Origin: a virus
Lineage: Duplodnaviria > Caudoviricetes
Reading direction: 5' to 3' (one strand)
Virus record (IMG/VR): IMGVR_UViG_2617271113_000004
Span: 96,001 to 160,000 of that record
Length of the DNA: 64,000 nucleotides
The position numbers and the translations under genes are program-made. Under the pieces are notes generated by a model. It was given only the letters and a program-made list of their open reading frames with translations. It searched no databases and had not been told where the DNA came from. Positions 57,349 through 64,000 of the stretch are shown piece by piece. Each line of letters begins with the position of its first letter. Position 1 is the stretch's first letter.

Positions 57349-57481
57349 AACTGTCATGAAATCGAAAGGTACGCAAAGACGAATAACAGCCATAAGAAAA
57401 CGAAAAGGTTTATCACACACTAAAACAAGTTAAAAGCCTGTCGGCTTGTTTATTGATGTATAAATAAGGGGGATTGAGAAA

Positions 57482-58171
57482 ATGAGTGCTGCATTACAAG
57501 AAGCTTTAAATTATGAAGCAAAAGAAGCTGTTCATTCCATTCAAGATATGATGGAAGGTATGCTTCAAAACGTAAAAGATAATGATGGCTATGTTAGAGA
57601 AGAATTGGATGAAATGACAATTCGAAAAATGATGCTTGCGAAACACTATTTGAAACAAGATATTGAAAAAATGAAAGAGATGAAAAAAGCTATCGTTAAA
57701 GAGTGGGACCAACGAATTAATAAGAAGAATGACGACATTGCAGCTATTGATTCTATAATAGATAATTTCGTTAAGCACCAAAATAACGGGAAAAAATTAT
57801 CGTTCGATATTGGCACAGCTTCTCTAAGAAGAAATAATCATAAGGTCACAATGGAAGACGAAAATAAAGCCAAAGCCTATTTTCAGAATAATGGAGTATT
57901 ACAGGAAGTATTAAAAGAACCTTCAATTGATGTGACACGTGCTCAAAATTATTTCATGATTCAATTCGAACAGCATGTTAAATCACTTGCAGAAGCAACC
58001 ATTAATCAGGAAATTCAAATGAGTGAGAAAAAGAAAATCACAAAAAAACGTGAAAAGGAAATCCTTCAGGAAACAATTGATAGAGAACTTCCTAATTTAC
58101 AGCAAAACTTACCTGAAGGGTTCAAGTTAATTATGCCTGAAGAAAAAGTAACCACAAGATTTAATATTTAG
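57482..58171 (+). CDS. Mu Gam-like host-nuclease inhibitor
   Basis: Coiled coil followed by KKLSFDIGTASLRR. Confidence 0.65.
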   Translation: MSAALQEALNYEAKEAVHSIQDMMEGMLQNVKDNDGYVREELDEMTIRKMMLAKHYLKQDIEKMKEMKKAIVKEWDQRINKKNDDIAAIDSIIDNFVKHQNNGKKLSFDIGTASLRRNNHKVTMEDENKAKAYFQNNGVLQEVLKEPSIDVTRAQNYFMIQFEQHVKSLAEATINQEIQMSEKKKITKKREKEILQETIDRELPNLQQNLPEGFKLIMPEEKVTTRFNI

Positions 58172-58176
58172 TAGAT

Positions 58177-58218
58177 AATCCCATCAACCTCGTATATAAT
58201 AGTTGGTGGGATTTTTTT
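58177..58218 (+). terminator. Intrinsic terminator
   Basis: AATCCCATCAAC-loop-GTTGGTGGGATT followed by a T run. Confidence 0.75.
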
Positions 58219-58250
58219 CCTACATATATCATAAAAGGGGGATTATTGTA

Positions 58251-58886
58251 ATGAAATTTTTCAAGAACAAAAAAGTATGGGTGACTTTAGGCGTATTAAT
58301 CGCAATCATTCTTGTTTATAGTATTGGAAATAATGGTGCTAAAGTAGCTCTGGGAGAGTCTAAGGTTAATCACGAAGAGTTAACAGCTAAAATTGATGAT
58401 AGCAAGAATCAATTGGCTGATATCAAAGAAGAAATTGAGTCACAAGATGGGAGACTTTCTGAAAAGAAAAAAGAAGTCGATGAAGTACTTGAATTAGTTG
58501 AGAATAAAGAAAGGCTGCAAAAAGAGTTTGAAGATCTTGAAAATGATGTCTCCGACAAGAAAATTGAAGTTGAAACATTAGCAACTGATATTGAGAACAA
58601 GCAAAATGAATTGGATGATATTTCGAATGTAATTCAGGAGAAAGAGGAAGAGCCAATTGAACTATCTGCTGGTCAGTATTTTGTTGGTACAGATATTCCT
58701 GCAGGTCGCTACCGAGCTACAAATGTAGGTCGTGGATCAAATTTCTTTGTTTATGACGTAGATGGGAATGTATTAGTAAACACTATATTAGGAGATGGCC
58801 ATGGTGATGGAGATTATGTCTTCTTCACAGAAATGACGGATGTAATTGAATCACATGCGAAGGTAAAGCTTATACCTGTTGAATAA
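58251..58886 (+). CDS. Membrane-anchored coiled-coil protein with C-terminal beta domain
   Basis: TM segment, coiled coil, LSAGQYFVGTDIPAGRY. Confidence 0.75.
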   Translation: MKFFKNKKVWVTLGVLIAIILVYSIGNNGAKVALGESKVNHEELTAKIDDSKNQLADIKEEIESQDGRLSEKKKEVDEVLELVENKERLQKEFEDLENDVSDKKIEVETLATDIENKQNELDDISNVIQEKEEEPIELSAGQYFVGTDIPAGRYRATNVGRGSNFFVYDVDGNVLVNTILGDGHGDGDYVFFTEMTDVIESHAKVKLIPVE

Positions 58887-58906
58887 ACATAATATCTAAT
58901 CTTTTT

Positions 58907-58945
58907 AAAGGCGTGCTCTTATTTTTTTAAGAATACGCTTTTTTT
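58907..58945 (+). terminator. Intrinsic terminator
   Basis: AAAGGCGTGCTCTTA-loop-TAAGAATACGCTTT followed by a T run. Confidence 0.7.
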
Positions 58946-58948
58946 CTA

Positions 58949-59016
58949 TTGCTTTTCCCCAAGTTTTACTTTACAATATAAAAAGAAAGGCATTACAAAT
59001 ATAGTAATGCATTACA
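58949..59016 (+). promoter_or_regulatory. sigmaA-type promoter with two downstream operators
   Basis: TTGCTT-N17-TACAAT (58949-58977); operators at 58984-58997 and 59003-59016. Confidence 0.7.
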
Positions 59017-59051
59017 AAATATTATAACTAGGGTAAAAAGGAGCTAATATA

Positions 59052-59909
59052 ATGAATGATATCTTACGATTCATTGGTGTTACAAAAGATGCTCTGACAG
59101 CTGGTCCTGGTAAGCGATTAGAGCTATTTACAAAAGGGTGTATACGAGGAGTGGTTAGCCCATGCGAGGGATGTTTTAACAGCATTACTTGGTCATTTGA
59201 AGGGAAATATAAAACATATCGTATTCAAGAATTAGTTGATATGATATCTAAAGATGCATGGAATAGACAAGTTACTTTCTGTGGAGGTGAGCCGATACTT
59301 CAAGCTAGAACTCTAACAGAAGTAGCAAAGCAATTAAAGAAGATAGATCCAACATTTCATTTTGTCATGTATACTATGTATAAATTAGATGTCCTCATGA
59401 AGTATGGGTTGAACTTCACATGGGTGAAAGAGAAGCATGAGCAAGCAATGCTTAAACAGCTAATGGATTATTCATCTTCTTACGATATACAAGCGTTTGA
59501 TGAAGATCACAATCCTACAAGAGTAAAATATACAATTTTAACTCCAGAAGATGTAAAAGAGCTTATGCGTTACATTGATATTATCGTAGATGGAGAATAT
59601 AAGCATGAACTTCGCCTAACTACAGCAGAATATATGCATGATGGTGGTTTTATCGGTTCTTCGAATCAACGTGTTATCTATGGTCCAAATACCATGAGAC
59701 AATATGATATTTATAAAAATTTAGGAGAAAATTATGATTTAATTTTTCATTACTCTGATGAATACATGAAAATATATGAATCCAATCATCACTGTAAGAG
59801 CTGTGGTAAGTCTATAAAAGCTGAAGATAGTTACTGCACTCAACTTTGTGAAGCAAGATATACACAAAGAAAGGAAAACATGAAATTAATTAGTAATGAG
59901 GGGGTATGA
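59052..59909 (+). CDS. NrdG-like radical SAM protein with atypical CX7CX2C motif and C-terminal zinc ribbon
   Basis: GPG.R...GCIRGVVSPCEGCFN, GGEP, D.IVDG.Y and GSSNQR motifs. Confidence 0.8.
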   Translation: MNDILRFIGVTKDALTAGPGKRLELFTKGCIRGVVSPCEGCFNSITWSFEGKYKTYRIQELVDMISKDAWNRQVTFCGGEPILQARTLTEVAKQLKKIDPTFHFVMYTMYKLDVLMKYGLNFTWVKEKHEQAMLKQLMDYSSSYDIQAFDEDHNPTRVKYTILTPEDVKELMRYIDIIVDGEYKHELRLTTAEYMHDGGFIGSSNQRVIYGPNTMRQYDIYKNLGENYDLIFHYSDEYMKIYESNHHCKSCGKSIKAEDSYCTQLCEARYTQRKENMKLISNEGV

Positions 59910-59912
59910 AGC

Positions 59913-60773
59913 ATGGACATTGAAATAACAAGTTTTGATCCATCTAGAGTAAATTTATTAAATGTTTCATCGGAATATGTTTTTAATCTGCCAGCAAAAG
60001 AAGAATTACGTATTGAATTTACTTTAGAATATATTCATGATGCTATGATTCAGTTAAAAGCAGTTCAAAAAGATCTAGATGTAACATCTTGCTACAACTT
60101 TCCAGAAAAAGAATTTTATAATATATTATCGGAGTCATTTTATAGCTCCAGAAATAGTAAAAAATCACATTTGTTTTCTGATCATGCTATTTTTAAGTAT
60201 GCCAAGAATAAATTGATGGATGATATTATTCTATGTATGAATCAAAATAACACTTCTGATTATCTGCTCGGATTTAGTTCCTCTATTCATATGCAAAAGG
60301 GGTTAGGATTGGTACAGAATCAAACGAAGGAAGAAATTGCAACCTTTGAGGATCTATTCCTTTCCTTAGAGGATAATGGTCATCCTAAAGTTGAATTCAA
60401 TCATATTATAACTCTTAATGGATCCATTGAGTGGCTAGTTAATTCTAATCATTCGTTTATATTCTTTGATTTAGAAAGAAATCAGTTGCTAACTTTTAAT
60501 AATTTTCATGATTCAAATGCTGATAATTCAAATTTAGAAGTTACTGATTTCTCTGTAACAAGAGAACCGTTTCCACAGAATCATAATAGATATCGTTTTA
60601 TTAAAGAGCAGCAAGAGGAAAAGAGCATGATCCTGGGTCTAGATTTAAATAATCCACTAAACCATAGCAAATACTTAGAATTTAAGAATAAACGTATCAA
60701 CATAATTTCAAATTTTAAAGACAAAATGCGAAAAGAAGAAATTTACAATGAGTTTGCTGATATTGAATTATAA
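59913..60773 (+). CDS. Hypothetical protein
   Basis: 286 aa ORF. Confidence 0.6.
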   Translation: MDIEITSFDPSRVNLLNVSSEYVFNLPAKEELRIEFTLEYIHDAMIQLKAVQKDLDVTSCYNFPEKEFYNILSESFYSSRNSKKSHLFSDHAIFKYAKNKLMDDIILCMNQNNTSDYLLGFSSSIHMQKGLGLVQNQTKEEIATFEDLFLSLEDNGHPKVEFNHIITLNGSIEWLVNSNHSFIFFDLERNQLLTFNNFHDSNADNSNLEVTDFSVTREPFPQNHNRYRFIKEQQEEKSMILGLDLNNPLNHSKYLEFKNKRINIISNFKDKMRKEEIYNEFADIEL

Positions 60774-60787
60774 AAGGGGGAACTAAT

Positions 60788-62413
60788 ATGCATACAACAA
60801 ATGAATTAAGTGGTATAGACGAAATCAATATGCTAATTAGCGCAAGAAGAAAGGCCATTCTAATTGAAACTTATGAAGAGCAACGAGTTCAAAAAGATTT
60901 AAAAGAAATCATTACAAATAGACAAATGGGAGCGGTAACTTGGTCCATTACAGGTGGTGGTTTTGACTTAATAGAAGAAACTAAAAGTGAAAAATTTAAC
61001 TTTTCGGACCCAATTAAGCTTATGAATGCAATTAAAAATTCTGAAGAACAGAATGTATTTATCTTGAAAGACTTTCACGATATTTGGACAAATTATCAAG
61101 CTAAGCGTGCTTTAAGGGATGTATTAGAAAAAAATGATGAAGTATATAAGCCAATTATTTTTTTGTCTCCATTCATAAGTATACCTGCAGAGTTGGAAAA
61201 ATTAATTACAACAGTTCGTTATGAACTTCCAAGCAGAGCACAAGTTATCGAGCAGCTTGAAGGTTTGAATAACTTTTTAATTACTAACGACTTGCCTGTT
61301 GCTGAGGGACGAGAACGTGAGGCAATTATTCACTCACTAGTAGGTATGACAAAAACTGAAATTAATAATGTGTTGAAGAAATCTGTATCTAAGCATAAAA
61401 AAATTTCGCTCGAAGAAATTACCGCTGAAAAAGAGCAGGTTATTCGTAAAACTGGTTTGTTGGAATACATTACAAAACTAGGAGATATGAAAAATGTTGG
61501 TGGAATGGATATCTTTAAAGACTGGATATCTGACGCATACTATGCATTTGCTCCTGAAGCAAGAGAGTATAATATTGATCCTGCCAGAGGGGTTATAATG
61601 GCCGGGTTCCCTGGGTCAGGTAAGAGTCTAAGTGCAAAGTCATTAGCAAATTCATGGAACTTACCTTTACTTAAAATGAATATGAGCCAAATTATGGACT
61701 CAAAGGTTGGTCAATCTGAAAAGAATATTGATCGTGCCCTTAAACTTGCAGAAGACGTTTCTCCATGTGTTTTATGGATTGATGAGTTAGAAAAAGGCTT
61801 AAGTGGAATTAGCTCATCAGATAAAAGTGATTCAGGAACACTTTCAAGAGTGGTACAATCTCTTTTAACTTGGCTTTCAGATAAAGTAGCACCTGTATTT
61901 GTTGTAGCAACAGCAAATGACATTACAAATCTCCCTCCCGAGTTAACAAGAGCAGGACGATTTGATGAAATTTTCTTTGTTTCTATTCCTTCTCCAGAAG
62001 AGAGGAAAGATATTCTATCCATTCATTTAAAGAAGCGTGGATATGAAATTTCGGAACAAGCTGAACTTGCAATAAATGAATTTCCAGACTACACCCTAGC
62101 TGAAATAGCAGAAGAAATGGATGGTTTTACAGGAGCAGAAATTGAGCAAGTTGTTGCTGAAGCAGGAAGACGTGCTTATGCAGAATATAAAAAGGAAATT
62201 CGTGATATGCATTACATGACAAAAGATGATTTAATTTCTCAAGCAGCTAAAACAATTCCTATGAGCAGGAGAAATAATGAAGTTCTCTATAATCTTCGAG
62301 AATGGGCAAAAGAAGCTGCAAAATGCGCTTCATCTTTTGAACACGACATCATTCATCATAAAAATGGAACAAATAAAAACAAAATCATTGAATTTGATGA
62401 TATTGAAATTTAA
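60788..62413 (+). CDS. Ycf46-like AAA+ ATPase
   Basis: TYEE.RV, LKDFH, VGG...K.W, GFPGSGKS, LWIDELEK and RAGRFDE motifs. Confidence 0.9.
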   Translation: MHTTNELSGIDEINMLISARRKAILIETYEEQRVQKDLKEIITNRQMGAVTWSITGGGFDLIEETKSEKFNFSDPIKLMNAIKNSEEQNVFILKDFHDIWTNYQAKRALRDVLEKNDEVYKPIIFLSPFISIPAELEKLITTVRYELPSRAQVIEQLEGLNNFLITNDLPVAEGREREAIIHSLVGMTKTEINNVLKKSVSKHKKISLEEITAEKEQVIRKTGLLEYITKLGDMKNVGGMDIFKDWISDAYYAFAPEAREYNIDPARGVIMAGFPGSGKSLSAKSLANSWNLPLLKMNMSQIMDSKVGQSEKNIDRALKLAEDVSPCVLWIDELEKGLSGISSSDKSDSGTLSRVVQSLLTWLSDKVAPVFVVATANDITNLPPELTRAGRFDEIFFVSIPSPEERKDILSIHLKKRGYEISEQAELAINEFPDYTLAEIAEEMDGFTGAEIEQVVAEAGRRAYAEYKKEIRDMHYMTKDDLISQAAKTIPMSRRNNEVLYNLREWAKEAAKCASSFEHDIIHHKNGTNKNKIIEFDDIEI

Positions 62414-62416
62414 GAG

Positions 62417-62815
62417 GTGAGTGTCATGTCGTTTAACCCAAAAGAAGAAAAGATGAGAATATACGAAATGCTCTCAGAGGCTTCTGTAGAGAATTATAAT
62501 TATTCTAAGAATGAACTGTTTTATCAGTCTATAGACTTTGCACTTAGTGAATACAAAGAATTAGCATTAGCGTTCGATAGTTTTTTTAAATCCATTGATC
62601 ACTTGATCATTTTCAGAGAAATGATGGAATCAAATTTAAAAACAGACACAGCTAATCAACTAAAAAATTTAAAAATGCTCATTGAGAAGAATTACGATCA
62701 GCGTGAGTTAGAAAAGATGCCAACTTCTGTATATAATCAAGTCTTAGATGTTCAGAAGCAGCGAGCTGATTTACTTAAAAAAGTAGCTCAAACATATCTA
62801 AGTGCAAAGAAATAA
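62417..62815 (+). CDS. Hypothetical protein
   Basis: 132 aa ORF. Confidence 0.6.
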   Translation: MSVMSFNPKEEKMRIYEMLSEASVENYNYSKNELFYQSIDFALSEYKELALAFDSFFKSIDHLIIFREMMESNLKTDTANQLKNLKMLIEKNYDQRELEKMPTSVYNQVLDVQKQRADLLKKVAQTYLSAKK

Positions 62816-62878
62816 TTCGAAATAAGTAGCATTAAGCTCTTATTATAAATTTTATTTTAATTAAGGAGGAATACATTT

Positions 62879-63271
62879 ATGAGTCATTTTGCAACTTATG
62901 AATGCAAGGTATCTAATTTAGATTTTATTAAGGCAGGGTTACAAGAAATGGGACTTTCTTTTAAAGAAAATACCACAATTAAAGATTGGTATGGTCAAGC
63001 ACGTCATTCCAAACTAGCCGTAGTAAGTGAAGATGGGAGGTTGCTTCCTCTTGGTTGGGTAGAAAATCAAGAGACAAAAACTCTAGAATTACAAGCAGAC
63101 TGGTTTAAAGTTCCTTTCTCTGAAAAAGATTTCACTAATAGAATTTCCCAACACCACTCTAAATATCAAGTATTTCAGGCATGTCAAGAAAATCGTTGGG
63201 ACTATAATATGAGTGATCTTACTATGAATGAAAATGGAGAATTTGAATTAGTTGCAACCCAATTTAATTGA
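62879..63271 (+). CDS. DUF1257 (Ycf35-like) protein
   Basis: MSHF.....L.GL.EMG...L.ADW; typical Ycf46 partner. Confidence 0.8.
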   Translation: MSHFATYECKVSNLDFIKAGLQEMGLSFKENTTIKDWYGQARHSKLAVVSEDGRLLPLGWVENQETKTLELQADWFKVPFSEKDFTNRISQHHSKYQVFQACQENRWDYNMSDLTMNENGEFELVATQFN

Positions 63272-63329
63272 TTGAATATTGAGCGGTGTAATGCCGCTCA
63301 TACATATTCAAAACAGGGAGAGTAATAAA

Positions 63330-63611
63330 ATGCTTTTAACGTTTATTTTATTTACCAGCATTGCATCAATAGCAACTATTGCTCCAGTGTATAAAATTCG
63401 TAAACTTTTAGCACGTCTATTTTATATTCCGATTATTGGATGGATTTTCAGTATTAGTTATGGTTTAGCAGTAAGTTGGGTTCTGTTAACAATCTTTTCA
63501 TTTTCTTCAAGTACTGCTGGATTATCTAACTTAACAGCTACTTTAATTTTTTCAGGTTGGCTGTACTTTGAACATAAAAAACTAACTAATAAGCGTAGTA
63601 AATTAGCTTAA
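63330..63611 (+). CDS. Small multi-TM membrane protein
   Basis: Three hydrophobic helices; start placed after the AGGGAG RBS. Confidence 0.65.
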   Translation: MLLTFILFTSIASIATIAPVYKIRKLLARLFYIPIIGWIFSISYGLAVSWVLLTIFSFSSSTAGLSNLTATLIFSGWLYFEHKKLTNKRSKLA

Positions 63612-63628
63612 TTTAAAGGAGAATAATC

Positions 63629-64000
63629 ATGGAAGGAAGTCCGATTTTATACTATGCTTCAAAAGCATATGAGTACAATCACGGAAAAGAACAATTAGTG
63701 AAAGATAGAGGAGAAGATATTACAAATTCAAACGGAATTGTAATGCATTTTTCTCAGGAACATTTAAGTATGATCAATAAAGAACTTAAAGAACTTCATA
63801 ACCTAAGAACTAATACTTTATCCATAAAGGCACCAAATCTTATTATATTTATGGAGGGTGGCGTCATTCAGGATATAAAATCTGATAAATATACAAATGT
63901 AGTTGTAGTAGATGCAGATATAGATGACATTCCTACAGAAGAACTTACTTCTATCGATAATGAAGAGTCCTATGTTTACCGTCCTTTGAGTACAGATGAC
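63629..64000 (+). CDS. Hypothetical protein, truncated by window edge
   Basis: AAAGGAG RBS; MEGSPILYY... open to the window end. Confidence 0.65.
   Translation, partial: MEGSPILYYASKAYEYNHGKEQLVKDRGEDITNSNGIVMHFSQEHLSMINKELKELHNLRTNTLSIKAPNLIIFMEGGVIQDIKSDKYTNVVVVDADIDDIPTEELTSIDNEESYVYRPLSTDD

Noticed and set aside
59052-59909. Calling this gene nrdG
   Set aside because: Atypical cysteine spacing, an extra domain and no nrdD in the window; symbol withheld.
684-62022. Numerous 60-136 aa opposite-strand or alternate-frame ORFs in the track (e.g. 684..932, 13553..13963, 46824..47201, 61711..62022)
   Set aside because: They are shadows of longer genes with recognisable motifs and lack RBSs.

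Overview
AT-rich segment of a large tailed-phage genome, probably a phage-plasmid of a Bacillaceae host. No integrase, lysis cassette or CRISPR array is visible. Positions 1-21.9 kb are almost all minus strand: virion genes, major capsid, prohead protease-scaffold, portal-MuF fusion, TerL/TerS, a ParM/ParR partition pair, and an RNA cluster with two canonical tRNAs (Pro, Asn), four aberrant tRNA-like elements and several long hairpins. The strand switches at about 22.0 kb. A compact putative early block follows, containing a type II hammerhead ribozyme, a single-subunit RdRP-like (YonO-type) RNA polymerase and about 850 nt of highly structured non-coding sequence directly behind it. The rest (28.5-64 kb, plus strand) is accessory and DNA-metabolism cargo: SLOG, phosphatase, NADAR and macrodomain genes; a MerR-like protein beside a repeat array; an RNase H fold lacking its catalytic residues; an SNF2 helicase; an E1-E2-Ubl-ATP-grasp cassette; paralogous small genes; DHH, SSB, RecA, resolvase and Gam-like genes; and a radical SAM/Ycf46-AAA/DUF1257 operon. 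Two motifs recur across the window: the palindrome TGTAATGCATTACA (operator-like, overlapping sigmaA-type promoters) and the oriented mini-hairpin GCCTRTCGGC (candidate phage-polymerase promoter). All family calls come from recognising motifs by eye; no database search was run.
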